Below, one piece after another: positions 1-10,784 of a stretch of DNA of 64,000 nt. This DNA comes from a candidate division WOR-3 bacterium. GTDB taxonomy: Bacteria > Hydrothermota > Tepidihabitantia > Tepidihabitantales > Tepidihabitantaceae. Made by a program: the position numbers and the translations under genes. The stretch's first letter is position 1. Every line of letters starts with the position of its first letter. The DNA lies in assembly GCA_965648905.1 (NCBI GenBank), contig CBFGIT010000003.1:64001-128000 (forward strand). The letters are read 5' to 3'. The notes below the pieces were generated by a model. That model had not been told where the DNA came from. It saw only the letters and a list, made by a program, of their open reading frames with translations, and made no database searches.

Positions 1-235
1 GCCCGACCGTTGTCACAACATAGCTCTTCTTGGTCACACCGAAGTCCAGGTCGAGTACGACCCCGAGCCTGCCGCTCACGAGGATGTAGAACTTGTTGGC
101 CGGCTGGCCCTGAACGTCAATCAGTTCATTGGCCTTGGCCTGGCCGACCCGGGCAATGGCGGACGCCCGTTCGAGGTCCTCGTCGCGCAGTTCGCTGAAC
201 TCAGGAATTGACTTGAGGAACGACTTCACGTCCAT
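1..235 (-). CDS. Cyclic-nucleotide-binding (Crp/Fnr-type) domain protein, runs off the window edge
   Basis: Manual translation (not in ORF track): GGAGG RBS then MDVKSFLKSIPEFSELRDEDLERASAIARVGQAKANELIDVQGQPANKFYILVSGRL..., a typical cNMP-binding N-terminus. Confidence 0.75.
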   Translation of the reverse strand, partial: MDVKSFLKSIPEFSELRDEDLERASAIARVGQAKANELIDVQGQPANKFYILVSGRLGVVLDLDFGVTKKSYVVTTVG

Positions 236-370
236 ACAGACCTCCAATGGTCAGAATACTCTCTCCCCAAACTACCCGACCGGCTGCCACTTGTCAAGCT
301 CGCGCTCGTGTCGGCGTAGAAACGGTCAGTGCCGCCAGTGACTTCTAATGAACCATCGGCTCGGCGTTGA

Positions 371-398
371 TTGACTTAGGGCACGGGCGTGCTATCAT
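371..398 (+). promoter_or_regulatory. Sigma70-like promoter for the 493..813 gene
   Basis: TTGACT (371-376), 16 bp spacer, TG-extended TATCAT (393-398). Confidence 0.5.
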
Positions 399-492
399 TA
401 GGTTGGACGCGAAGAACGTCCACGGTTACGTCTTGAGATGAACACAAAGGGGCGGGGCTTTGAGGGCTCCGCCTGCATTTTTCGGAGGCACC

Positions 493-813
493 ATGCGCGG
501 TCCTTATGCACTGCGGCCACTACAGGTCGACATATCGGTTCCCTGCCGGGTCGGCGGCGTCTACTGCCTCGGCCGGGAGCCAAGACAGATTGCGTACATT
601 GGTCGGGCTGAACGCGACCTGCGCGAAGCCTTGAAGGCGCACGCGGCCGAGTACTTGTACTTCTGGTATGAACCGGCCCTGACCCCGCGTGAGGGATTCA
701 TAACCCAGTGCTACGAGTACCATCGATACGCCGAGCGAGGTGAGCTCAAGGATGTTAGTCACCCCGTGGCACCGGACCGGGTTGAACAGAAGTGCCCGAT
801 TTGCGGCAAGTAG
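493..813 (+). CDS. Small GIY-YIG-like protein with C-terminal CxxC
   Basis: GGAGG RBS before ATG 493; GVYCL...YIGRAE motif; ends CPICGK. Confidence 0.6.
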   Translation: MRGPYALRPLQVDISVPCRVGGVYCLGREPRQIAYIGRAERDLREALKAHAAEYLYFWYEPALTPREGFITQCYEYHRYAERGELKDVSHPVAPDRVEQKCPICGK

Positions 814-1041
814 CGCACCGGCCGACTCGGCCGTCGTTCTGGACGCCTGATCTTCCCGCCTGCCGGCGCTGATTGGCACAACTCCCCGCCAGCGGCACGA
901 CCGTGAGGGCAGTTGTTGACATCGCGCCTGAGGGGATATAATTACTGGTCGAACTCATGGTTATCGAGAGCGACATCGCCACCACCATTCGGGATGGCGC
1001 TGTCAAGTCTGTCATTACACTCTTACCTTAAGGAGGTCCGC

Positions 1042-4000
1042 ATGCACAGCGTGAGCGTTCTCGCTCTGGTATTCGCCGTCTCTCTCGGCTTTGCCGGCAA
1101 CGTGACTCAGACGTTTTCCTATTCGTCCGAGGCGTTGAAGCTCGGCACCGAGAGCGGCTACACAACCGTCGGCTTTGCCGGCTATCCTCATATCGACAAA
1201 CTGGGCGCACCCGACCTGCCCGTGGTCCCGGCCCAGGTCGTGATTCCTGCCACCGCCGAAGTCACTGGCATTGACGTTCTGGAATTACGTGAGGAACCGG
1301 TTCCCGGCAACTACACCGTTGTTCCGGTCCAGTATCCGCAACCGTACATGGAGAACCCGCCGCAATTCCCGTTTGTTGAACCCAACTCTTCCTACTACGG
1401 TATTGACGGCCCGTTCCCGGCTCAGGCTGCCGAATTTGTTGCGGTCGGGACCAAGTCCGGCTATCGACTGGCGGCGTTACGGGTTTTCCCAGTCCGCTAC
1501 AACCCGGTCACCAGGACTCTTTCGGTCGTCACCCGGCTTGTGGTGCGGGTGAACTATGTTGAAGGCAAGGTTCACGTCGCCCGGCGCAGCGAGTTGCAGA
1601 TTGCGATGCACGGCAGCGAGGTGAAGCACTTGGTGCTCAATCCGCAGGATGTTGACCGCTTTGCTCCACCCAAGAAGACCCATGAATACGGCTCGGCCTT
1701 CCTCCCCGCGGGCACGTACGAACACGTCATCCTCACCCATCGCGGCTACCGCGACTCGCTCGTCGGCCTGCGCGACTGGCGCACCCGGCAGGGCTGGCGC
1801 TCCAGGATTGTTGAGATTGACTCGGTCTGTGCGACTTATCCCGGTGTTGACACCGCGGACAAGATGCGCAACTTCTTGAAGGACGCCGAGACGACCTGGT
1901 CAACGGTCTTCTGTTTCATCGCCCGCAAAGACTGGCCCGCCAACCAGTTCCGCCGCGCCTACGGGAACGTGTCGGGCTACCCGGTCGAGAACATGCCGTC
2001 CGACATGTACTTCTCGTGCCTCGACGGCTCTTGGAACGCGGACGGCGACAACATCTGGGGCGAACCGACCGACTCGGTCGACTGCTACGCCGACATCCAC
2101 GTCGGCATGGTCACGCTCGATGGCGTCGGCGAGATGCAGCGGTACCTCGCCAAGGTCTTCCGTTACGAATTCACGCCCGATACCGGCTGGTTCTGCAAGG
2201 CACTGCTCGGCAACGATGTCACGTTCTCCAACGAATTCAACGATTCGATCGCCGCGGCCACGCCGACTCCGCCCTGGTTCGACCTGAAGATGTACACGAC
2301 CGGCGGCATGGTCACGCCCTCGGTCCAACGCTACGTCGACTCGCTCCAGTCCGGCTATCCGATAACCGCGGTCATTGCTCACGGCTCAATCGACCTGTAC
2401 GGCATGGGCGGTAACGTCACTTCGCCGATTATGAACGCCCTGACCAACGTCAACAAGCTATCGATGATCACCGCGGTCTGCTGTCACACCGGCGAATGGG
2501 ACGCGACCGGCAACACCAACGGCGACTGCATCGCCGAGAACATGGCTTTCCACGCACCCAACGGCTTCATCGGTGTAATGAAGAACGTCCGCTACGGCTG
2601 GGTCCGGGTCGCCGAGTACTTCAACTACTCCATCTGCTACGGCCTCCTGGGCTACCGCACACCCCGCCGCATCACTCAGGGCGAGGCGCTCTCCTATGGC
2701 AAGGACTACTGGTACCCTCTGGTTGCGGTGACGACCGACACCTCGAAGTTCCGCTACGAGGCATACGAGCGGACGCTCTTCGGCGAGCCGGCCGTACCCA
2801 TCTGGACCGGACGTGCCTACAGTGCGTCGGTCACCAAGCCGGCCGCCATCAACATCGGCTCCGGGATTCCGGTGAACATTACGGTGACCGATGGCACCAA
2901 CCCGGTTGACTCGGCCATGGTCTGCCTGGTCAAAGGCGAGGAGACTTTTGCCCGTGGATTCACCGACATGTCGGGCCAAGTCACCCTGCTCGTCTCGCCC
3001 CTGACCCCAGGCATGATGCAGCTCACCGTCACGGGTGCGAACAACTACCCGTACCTTGATTCCATCGTGGTCATGGCCGCGGGCAAGTTCGTCTCGTACC
3101 TGCGCTCATCGGTCAACGACTCGGTCGGCGGCAACGGCGATGGCATCATCAATCCGGGTGAGTCGTTCCGCCTGCCCACCTGGGTGAAGAACTACGGGAC
3201 CCAGACCGCGAACAACGTCACCGGACGGCTGATTACCCACACCGCCGGTGTCACAATCACCGATTCGGTCAAGTCATTCGGCAACGTCGCCGGCGGCGAT
3301 TCGGCCTACAACAGCCAGGGGTTTGGTCTGACCGTGGCCACCGGCCTGCCCAACGGCTATGCCATCCCCTGCTCACTCGTCTGCAAAGACAACCTTGACT
3401 CGACCTGGGTCTCTTATCTTACGCTCCGCGTCGGCGCGCCGGTGCTCGCGTTCGTGTCCAAGGACATCCGCGACTCGCTCGGCCGCAACCCGAACGGCAA
3501 GCTCGACCCGAACGAAACCGCGGACTTAGTCGTCACCATCCGCAACGCGGGACTGGGCAACGCCTACAACGTCCGGGCCGTGCTGCGCTCGGGTGACTCG
3601 CGCCTGACCGTGCCCGATTCTGAAGCGGTCTACGGCACGGTGCTGCGCGATTCAAACGCCACCAACCACGCTGACCACTTCAAGGTCACGGCCAGCGCCT
3701 CAATACCGATGGAGACTCCGATCTCGTGCACTCTTGACATCTATGCCGACGCCGGCTACTCCGGCAGTCAGGTCTTCACGATTATCGTTGGCGAAATCCG
3801 CATCTGCGACCCGATTCCGGACGGTCCGCGCCAGCCGGCCCTGTACTGGGCGTACGACGACGTAGACTCCACCTACACCGAGTGTCCGCGGTTCGCCTGG
3901 ATCGAGTGTCGTGACCGCGGCACGCGTCTGACCCTTTCCGACGACCAGACGGTCGTGGTCAGTCTGCCGACCGGTTTCGGTGCTCGATACTACAACCAGA

Positions 4001-4788
4001 ACTATACCCAGGTTTCCATCTGCGGCAACGGTTGGGTTGCTTTCGGTTCGACTACGACTTCGGCCTATTCCAATACCAGCCTGCCGACGACCACGGTTCC
4101 GATGCCGACCCTGTTCATCAACTGGGACGACATCTATCCGCCGACCGGTGGCGGGGTCTGGTACTTCCACGACACCGTGAACCACTGTTTCGTGGTCGAA
4201 TGGGATTCGGTCGCGTACTACTCCACCCGCACGAACTTCGACAAGTACGAAATCGTTATCTTTGACACGACCGTGGCGGCTGCGGACGGCAACTCCGAAA
4301 TCCTGTTCCAGTACCTGACCGCGGTTCAACCCGGTACGTCGGCGACCGTCGGTATTCAGGACCCGAGTCAGCAGATTGCTATCCAGTGCATCTTCGACGG
4401 AACATACACACGTGGCGTCTCACCCTGGATTCCCAACCATGCCGTCAAGTTCACGACTGACGCACCGAGTGTCGGTTTCGCCGAACCCGAGCTTGGAGCC
4501 AGCCGTATCCCGAAGGCCCTCAGTCTGACCGCATCGCCCAACCCGGTGCGACGCAGCGCAGCACTGCGCTGGCAAATGCCCTTTGCCGGCCGGGTCCGGC
4601 TTTCGGTCTACGACGTCAGCGGCCGGGTTGTCCGCGTGCTGGCCGAAGGCACCATGGACGCCGGCACCTACTTCACTTCCTGGGACGGCAGGGACGAGGT
4701 TGGCCGCTCCGTCGCCACTGGCACCTACCTGTTCAAGCTCGAAACCGAGTCCGGGCTCAGGACGGTCAAGTCGGTCCTGCTGCGCTAG
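1042..4788 (+). CDS. Secreted gingipain-like C25 cysteine peptidase with propeptide, Ig-like repeats and FlgD/T9SS-type C-terminal domain
   Basis: AAGGAGG RBS before ATG 1042; signal peptide; propeptide GAPDLP; PSDMYFSCLDG; catalytic IAHG and AVCCHTG; LFGEP; C-terminal SPNP...VYDVSGR...GTYLFKL; TTGACA/TATAAT at 916-942. Confidence 0.85.
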   Translation: MHSVSVLALVFAVSLGFAGNVTQTFSYSSEALKLGTESGYTTVGFAGYPHIDKLGAPDLPVVPAQVVIPATAEVTGIDVLELREEPVPGNYTVVPVQYPQPYMENPPQFPFVEPNSSYYGIDGPFPAQAAEFVAVGTKSGYRLAALRVFPVRYNPVTRTLSVVTRLVVRVNYVEGKVHVARRSELQIAMHGSEVKHLVLNPQDVDRFAPPKKTHEYGSAFLPAGTYEHVILTHRGYRDSLVGLRDWRTRQGWRSRIVEIDSVCATYPGVDTADKMRNFLKDAETTWSTVFCFIARKDWPANQFRRAYGNVSGYPVENMPSDMYFSCLDGSWNADGDNIWGEPTDSVDCYADIHVGMVTLDGVGEMQRYLAKVFRYEFTPDTGWFCKALLGNDVTFSNEFNDSIAAATPTPPWFDLKMYTTGGMVTPSVQRYVDSLQSGYPITAVIAHGSIDLYGMGGNVTSPIMNALTNVNKLSMITAVCCHTGEWDATGNTNGDCIAENMAFHAPNGFIGVMKNVRYGWVRVAEYFNYSICYGLLGYRTPRRITQGEALSYGKDYWYPLVAVTTDTSKFRYEAYERTLFGEPAVPIWTGRAYSASVTKPAAINIGSGIPVNITVTDGTNPVDSAMVCLVKGEETFARGFTDMSGQVTLLVSPLTPGMMQLTVTGANNYPYLDSIVVMAAGKFVSYLRSSVNDSVGGNGDGIINPGESFRLPTWVKNYGTQTANNVTGRLITHTAGVTITDSVKSFGNVAGGDSAYNSQGFGLTVATGLPNGYAIPCSLVCKDNLDSTWVSYLTLRVGAPVLAFVSKDIRDSLGRNPNGKLDPNETADLVVTIRNAGLGNAYNVRAVLRSGDSRLTVPDSEAVYGTVLRDSNATNHADHFKVTASASIPMETPISCTLDIYADAGYSGSQVFTIIVGEIRICDPIPDGPRQPALYWAYDDVDSTYTECPRFAWIECRDRGTRLTLSDDQTVVVSLPTGFGARYYNQNYTQVSICGNGWVAFGSTTTSAYSNTSLPTTTVPMPTLFINWDDIYPPTGGGVWYFHDTVNHCFVVEWDSVAYYSTRTNFDKYEIVIFDTTVAAADGNSEILFQYLTAVQPGTSATVGIQDPSQQIAIQCIFDGTYTRGVSPWIPNHAVKFTTDAPSVGFAEPELGASRIPKALSLTASPNPVRRSAALRWQMPFAGRVRLSVYDVSGRVVRVLAEGTMDAGTYFTSWDGRDEVGRSVATGTYLFKLETESGLRTVKSVLLR

Positions 4789-4807
4789 TCCGCACAGCAC
4801 TTCTCAG

Positions 4808-4840
4808 GCAGGGGCGGGCATAGCCCGCCCCTGCTGTTTT
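4808..4840 (+). terminator. Rho-independent terminator
   Basis: 12-bp perfect stem GCAGGGGCGGGC-ATA-GCCCGCCCCTGC followed by TGTTTT. Confidence 0.8.
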
Positions 4841-4923
4841 CGTTGTCAGCACCGACGCAGACTCGGTGCTTGATGGTAAGCTGTTCTTCGCAGGGCACAC
4901 GTCGCCAACGTCAGCCGGTCACG

Positions 4924-4951
4924 TTGACAGTGCCCGAGGACGCCCTATAAT
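4924..4951 (+). promoter_or_regulatory. Consensus sigma70 promoter
   Basis: TTGACA (4924-4929), 16 bp, TATAAT (4946-4951). Confidence 0.7.
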
Positions 4952-5098
4952 TCTTTGTCGGACGGCTTGAGCTGTTCCGACAATTGCTGATGAGAACACC
5001 GCGAGACTGGCGAATCTGTCGAGCACCGTTGGCAGGCTTTTCGGCTCCAGGTCCTGACCTGGACCGCGTGAGTGCTGCAGGCCTGCGAGGAGGATGTA

Positions 5099-8000
5099 AT
5101 GCGTAAGCTGGTTCTTGGATTGACTCTGGTTGCCGCAGTCAGCAGCGGCTACACGCTGCTGAGCGAAAGCTTCGATTCCACCTGGACCCCGAACTCACCG
5201 CCGGCTGGCTGGCGGATTTTCCACACCGACACAACGAACGTCGGCGACGATGACTGGCACCGTGATTCGGCGCGGGCACCTTGGGACAATCACCCGACGG
5301 CTTTTGCTGCCATCCTGCCGAGCGCAACGCCGGACAGTACGCCGGATTCGTTGATATCGCCGGTCATTGACTGCCGTGGGTACGAGCACGTAACATTGCG
5401 CTGCAGCACGAATTTCTTGCCCGTGCTGGCGGGCCCATCGACGGCACGGATCGTCTATTCGATAGACAGTGGCGTCACTTTCCCCTACACGGCTCGGAAC
5501 TACAACGATACGACCGGCACGATTGCCGAGTCACTGTTCCTGCCTCAAGCCCGGAACCGGGCTGGCGTGGTTATCGCTTGGGTATTCGATGGTGATCTGA
5601 ACGACATCGGCTGGTGGTACCTCGACGACCTTGTGCTGACCGGCGACTCCATACCGGTAACCGATATCGCCTGCACAAGGATTTCCGTACCCTTCGATTC
5701 GATGACACCGGGCGTGATGTTTCCGCACGTCTGGTACCAGAACCTGGGCGACACGAACCAGTACAATATCCCGGTGGCGTGCAGCCTGTACGACGCGGCG
5801 ATGAATCCGCTGTTTGCATGGAGTGATACCGTTGACTCGCTTGTGGCTGGTGCACCCGAGCAGGAAATGGTTTTCAGCGTGCCGTGCACGCTGGTTGCAG
5901 GCAGCTACTATTTCAAAGCATGGCACAGATTGGCGGCCGATGACGACCGTTCCAACGATACTCTCGACTTGAACTTCACGGCCGTCTGGCGAACCGACAT
6001 CGCCTGCACCCGAATCACATCGCCGCCGCCGGTCATGCCTCCCGGTGTGTTGACACCGCGGGTCTGGTTCCAGAACCTCGGTGACACCACGTTATACAAC
6101 GTGCCTGTGGCATGCAGTCTCTATGACAACGCGATGAACCCGCTCTTCGAATGGATCGGCACGATTGACAGCCTGGCGGCTGGCGCGCCGGAACAGGAGC
6201 TTGTGTTCGCTGCCCCCTGTACCCTGGGGCTGGGCGACTACTATTTCAAGACTTGGCACGAAGCTCCGTTCGACGACGACCGCAGCAATGATACTCTGGA
6301 CTGCAACTTCACGGTCGCACCCAGAACTGACATCGCCTGCACCCGAATCACATCGCCGCTTCCAACCATGCGCCCCGGCAGTCTATTCCCCAGGGTCTGG
6401 TTCCAGAATCTAGGGGACACGACTCAATACAACGTTGCTGTTGCCTGCTCGCTCTACGACAGTACGATGACCCCAATCAACGGCTGGAGTGGTCTGCTCG
6501 ACAGTCTCCTAGCTGGTGCGCCCGAGCAGGAAGAGGTACTTACGCCGGCCTACATGCTTACCGTCGGCAGTTACTACTTCAAGGCCTGGCATGAAGCTCC
6601 GTTTGACGACGACCGCAGCAACGACACCCTGGGTCTCAGCTTCGTGGTCGCGCCGCCGGGCAACGTCGTCTTCGCCGAGGACTTTGATGCGTTCTGGTCA
6701 ACCAATGCCCCGCCGCCGGGCTGGCGCATTTTCCACACCGACACGGCTAACAAGAACACCGATGACTGGCACAGAAAGAACGCCGGCTTCTCGCCGTGGA
6801 TAAACCACCCGACCCCATTTGCGGGCATTTACCAGAGCGCCAGCCCTGACCCGACGCCTGATTCGCTCATCTCCCCGGTCTTCAGTTGTGCCGGCTACCG
6901 GAACATCGTCCTGGTCTGCAGCACCTATTTCTGGCGTCTGCCCGGAGCAGCTTACCGTGCCGAAATCCGCTATTCGACCGACGGCGGACTCACCTTCCCG
7001 AACGCGCACACCCTTCGCCAGTACCAGTTCGGCAGCAGCAGCTTCCCGGTTCAGGAGTCGTTCCGACTAAGAAATGCTGCTGGTCAACCTAATGTTGCGC
7101 TCGCGTGGATCTTCGAAGGCGACCTCGGTCAGATTCAGTGCTGGTATCTGGACGACGTCGAGGTCATCGGAGAACCAGCGCCAGAGTACGACATCGCCTG
7201 TACACGGATTGTCGAACCGCTGCCGATGATGTTCCCGGGTGACCTGACGCCCCGGCTGATGTTCGCAAACCGGGGCGACAGCGACCAGTACAGCGTACCG
7301 GTGGCGTGCAGCCTGTACGATGCCGCGATGAACCCGCTCTACGGCTGGACCACGACAGTCGATACCATGCTTGCGAACTCGCCCGAGATTGAAGTCACAC
7401 TGGCTCCGCCCTATCCGCTTCCCCTGGGAGACTACTACTTCAAGTGCTGGCATGAAGCCGCGCTCGACGAGAATCGGGCCAACGACACGCTTGAGCTGGA
7501 CTTCTCCGTCTCGACGCTGAGCATGATGCACTACGACGACGGCTATGCCGCGACCTATCATTCCTGGCCGGTCGGACACTGGGGTTGGGGCGTCAAGTTC
7601 ACGCCGACCGCCTATCCGGTATACATCGAGTCCCTGATGGTGTATCTGGCCGCACCGGCCAACCCGAGCCACTGCCGGTACCAGTTGGCCGTGGTTCGGC
7701 CCGACAGCATGGGCCGTCCCGGTGAGATGCTGCTCAAGACACCGGTGCTTGATGCGACTCCGTCGGCCACCGGCTGGCAGGCAACGTTCATGGCCGACGT
7801 CGGCGAGCACCTGGTCATCGACTCGGGCAGCTTCTACGTATTCTATCTCCAGGTCGGCGAACCACCCGAATGTCCCAGACTCGGCCGCGACAGCGCTCGG
7901 ACTCCGGGCGTCACGTACTGGCAGTGCCGCGGCGGCAACTACCGGCCCGACTCAACCAACGGCGACTACATGATTCGGGTCTGGCTCGACAACACCTCAA

Positions 8001-10663
8001 TCACCCCGCCGAACTACGACCTGCGCACCCTGGACGTGGAGTTCCCGGAGTACGACTTCGTGCGGCGACCGTTCAACCGGCCGATGTCGGTTGCGGCGCG
8101 GATTCAGAACTTCGGCACCACCGACCTGATTGGACTCAGCCTGCCGGTATCCTGCACCATCTTCGGCGTGACGAGCGGGCAGTTGTATGCCAACACTCAG
8201 CGCCTGCCCGACCTCCGGTCTGGTGAAGACGTCCTGATTACGTTCCCGCCCTGCACTCTGACCGTTGCCGAGCAGTGCTCGGTGATCGTCTCGGTCTACA
8301 ACGCATCCGCACCGGACGACGAGCCGGAAAACGACAACAAACGGTTCACAACCGACGTCCTCAAAGGAGCCTACACCGGCTCAAGCCCGCTCAACTATTC
8401 CTGGATCGACTCGGATACGACCTTTGGACCGGCCTACTCTTGGATTGACACGGCCGGCTTCAATATCGCCCCGAACCTCGGCGACGAACTCCGCATCAAC
8501 ATCCCGACCTACTTCTACTTCCCGTTCTACGACAGTATCTACAACTATGTCTTTGTCTCGGCCAACGGCTGGCTGTCGATGGGAACCAGCAACCCGGGCG
8601 GGACCGGTGACTCCCTGCCCCGACGCCTGCCCGACGCGCCCGCGCCCAACCTCGCGGTCTACCCATACTGGGACAACCTTGCCATGGGCCCGGGGTTTGG
8701 CAGCGGGTATGTGTTCTACAAGACGTTCGGAACTGCACCCAACCGGTACTTTGTCCTGACGTTCCAGGACATGAACCGGGTCGGCACGGACACAACCGAC
8801 AAGGTCACATTCCAGGTCATCATCAACGAGAACGGCATCATCACCTTCCAGTACAAGGATGTCACCTGTGGTGACCCGACATTCGACTACGGTCGCATGG
8901 CCAGCATCGGTCTTGAGAACGGAACCGGAACCGACGGGCTCTGCTACCTCTATGCCCGGCCCCCGATGTCCACTGCGGTCAATGACCTCGCCAATCGGCT
9001 CACTCCCGGTCGAGCAATCAGCCTGTTCCGCATCCGGCGCGACGCTGCCGCGCTCGAGGTCGTCACACCAGAAGCATTCGACTTCCCAGGGCCGCTCACC
9101 CCAAGAGTCAAGATACAGAACTACGGCACGGTCACGGACTCAATCCGCGTGTTTGTTCGCATCAACCCGGTCTACTCCTGGAACACGACCATCACCGGAC
9201 TGGCCCCGGGCGAAAGTCTGGTGATCCCCTGCTCGACCTGGTACGCCACGGTCGGCACTTATACTGCGGTCTGCTCAACCGGTATGGTCGGCGATGTGGA
9301 CAGCTCCAACAACGTGGCGAGCAAGTACTTCACCATCTCGAACTGGGCGCAGCGACCGGACATTCCCGCAGGCTGGCGTCGGCGTAGGGTCAAGGACGGC
9401 GCTCTTGCCTGGGCCTCGACCACACGCCGGGTCTACGCGATGAAGGGTGCTAACTCCAACGAGTTCTGGTACTATGACCCAGAAACCCGCATCTGGGACA
9501 CACTTGCGCCGATGCCGACCGAACCTTCGGGCAGCCGGGCCCGCGACGGCAATGACCTTGCCTTCGATGGCACGTTCGGCTCTGACGGCCGGCTCTGGGC
9601 CATCAAAGGTGGCGGCCGGACCGACTTCTATTACTACAATATCGCCCGCGACAGTTGGGCGCCATGTAGACCGATGTTCGTCAACAACCGTCAGCTCGGC
9701 CGTATCTCGCGTATGCCCAAGAAAGGCGCGGCAATCGCCTTTGTGCCCGGCCACTCTGCTCTGGGCGAAATCTACGCCATCCCCGCCAACGGCACCAACG
9801 ACTTCCTCCGCTACGATGCAGCCGGCGACACTTGGAACTTCATCTACGACGGTACAGGCAACGTCATCGATATCCCATCATTCGGGGCCGGCCGGACCAA
9901 GTGCAAGTTCGGCTCAGACTTGCGATACGACCCGGACCACGACAAGTTGTATGTCGTCAAAGGTTCCAACACCCTCGAACTCTACGGCTACGACCTGGCG
10001 CTCGGTGCCTGGACCGACACGCTCGACCAGGTCACGCTTCTCGGCCCGACCATGCGCAAGGTCAAGTCCGGTGCGTCGCTCGCCTACTACAACAACCGTC
10101 TGTTCCTGTTCAAGGGCGGCAACACTCAGGAATACTGGCGCTACGAGATAGCCTATGACAGTTGGACCCGGATGACCGACATTCCGCGTGCGCTTGTCGG
10201 ACGCCGGGTCAAAGTCAAGCGCGGCTCGTCCCAGGCTGTGGCTGATTCGACCATCTTCTGCCTCAAGGGTTCTTTTGGGCTTGAGTTCTGGGAATACCTG
10301 CCCGCGGGCGACTCTTACCGGCCACCGATGATGCTGGCCGATGCCGGCCGCGAAGGGGTCATGGCCCGGCCCGCGAGACTGAGCCTGACCCGGCCGTTCC
10401 TCACCGCGTATCCGAACCCGATGCGCTCCAGCCTCGTGCTTGAGTACAACCTGACCAGTCCAGCCCTTGTTCGACTCCGGGTCTACGACGCAGCCGGACG
10501 CACCATGCGTCACCTGGTCGATGCACCCCGACTCAATGGTCTGCATCGGATCCGCTGGGATGGCTGCGACGGTCGTGGCCAGGTTCTGGCCGGCGGCATC
10601 TACTTTGTTGAACTAAAGAGCGGCGATGTCCGTCTGACCGAGAAACTGGTTATCCAGCGCTAG
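5099..10663 (+). CDS. Large secreted modular protein with duplicated beta-sandwich domain, CARDB-like repeats, Kelch-like propeller and FlgD/T9SS-type C-terminal domain
   Basis: GAGGAGG RBS before ATG 5099; signal peptide; PPxGWRIFHTDT domain x2; DIACTRI...SNDTL domain x4; KGxNTxE repeats; YPNP...GIYFVEL C-terminus. Confidence 0.8.
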   Translation: MRKLVLGLTLVAAVSSGYTLLSESFDSTWTPNSPPAGWRIFHTDTTNVGDDDWHRDSARAPWDNHPTAFAAILPSATPDSTPDSLISPVIDCRGYEHVTLRCSTNFLPVLAGPSTARIVYSIDSGVTFPYTARNYNDTTGTIAESLFLPQARNRAGVVIAWVFDGDLNDIGWWYLDDLVLTGDSIPVTDIACTRISVPFDSMTPGVMFPHVWYQNLGDTNQYNIPVACSLYDAAMNPLFAWSDTVDSLVAGAPEQEMVFSVPCTLVAGSYYFKAWHRLAADDDRSNDTLDLNFTAVWRTDIACTRITSPPPVMPPGVLTPRVWFQNLGDTTLYNVPVACSLYDNAMNPLFEWIGTIDSLAAGAPEQELVFAAPCTLGLGDYYFKTWHEAPFDDDRSNDTLDCNFTVAPRTDIACTRITSPLPTMRPGSLFPRVWFQNLGDTTQYNVAVACSLYDSTMTPINGWSGLLDSLLAGAPEQEEVLTPAYMLTVGSYYFKAWHEAPFDDDRSNDTLGLSFVVAPPGNVVFAEDFDAFWSTNAPPPGWRIFHTDTANKNTDDWHRKNAGFSPWINHPTPFAGIYQSASPDPTPDSLISPVFSCAGYRNIVLVCSTYFWRLPGAAYRAEIRYSTDGGLTFPNAHTLRQYQFGSSSFPVQESFRLRNAAGQPNVALAWIFEGDLGQIQCWYLDDVEVIGEPAPEYDIACTRIVEPLPMMFPGDLTPRLMFANRGDSDQYSVPVACSLYDAAMNPLYGWTTTVDTMLANSPEIEVTLAPPYPLPLGDYYFKCWHEAALDENRANDTLELDFSVSTLSMMHYDDGYAATYHSWPVGHWGWGVKFTPTAYPVYIESLMVYLAAPANPSHCRYQLAVVRPDSMGRPGEMLLKTPVLDATPSATGWQATFMADVGEHLVIDSGSFYVFYLQVGEPPECPRLGRDSARTPGVTYWQCRGGNYRPDSTNGDYMIRVWLDNTSITPPNYDLRTLDVEFPEYDFVRRPFNRPMSVAARIQNFGTTDLIGLSLPVSCTIFGVTSGQLYANTQRLPDLRSGEDVLITFPPCTLTVAEQCSVIVSVYNASAPDDEPENDNKRFTTDVLKGAYTGSSPLNYSWIDSDTTFGPAYSWIDTAGFNIAPNLGDELRINIPTYFYFPFYDSIYNYVFVSANGWLSMGTSNPGGTGDSLPRRLPDAPAPNLAVYPYWDNLAMGPGFGSGYVFYKTFGTAPNRYFVLTFQDMNRVGTDTTDKVTFQVIINENGIITFQYKDVTCGDPTFDYGRMASIGLENGTGTDGLCYLYARPPMSTAVNDLANRLTPGRAISLFRIRRDAAALEVVTPEAFDFPGPLTPRVKIQNYGTVTDSIRVFVRINPVYSWNTTITGLAPGESLVIPCSTWYATVGTYTAVCSTGMVGDVDSSNNVASKYFTISNWAQRPDIPAGWRRRRVKDGALAWASTTRRVYAMKGANSNEFWYYDPETRIWDTLAPMPTEPSGSRARDGNDLAFDGTFGSDGRLWAIKGGGRTDFYYYNIARDSWAPCRPMFVNNRQLGRISRMPKKGAAIAFVPGHSALGEIYAIPANGTNDFLRYDAAGDTWNFIYDGTGNVIDIPSFGAGRTKCKFGSDLRYDPDHDKLYVVKGSNTLELYGYDLALGAWTDTLDQVTLLGPTMRKVKSGASLAYYNNRLFLFKGGNTQEYWRYEIAYDSWTRMTDIPRALVGRRVKVKRGSSQAVADSTIFCLKGSFGLEFWEYLPAGDSYRPPMMLADAGREGVMARPARLSLTRPFLTAYPNPMRSSLVLEYNLTSPALVRLRVYDAAGRTMRHLVDAPRLNGLHRIRWDGCDGRGQVLAGGIYFVELKSGDVRLTEKLVIQR

Positions 10664-10784
10664 AAGTCCAGTCGCGGGATTGGCCTGCGGCGCACTATCC
10701 TTGCGGGGCGGCCTCCAGGCCGCCCCGCGCGTATAGACCCGGGTCAGATTGACGGCCGTAGCTGGAAGCGATAGGATTAGCCCA

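Noticed and set aside
4984..5020. Hammerhead ribozyme (CTGATGAG present)
   Set aside because: No GAAA core or matching stems found downstream.
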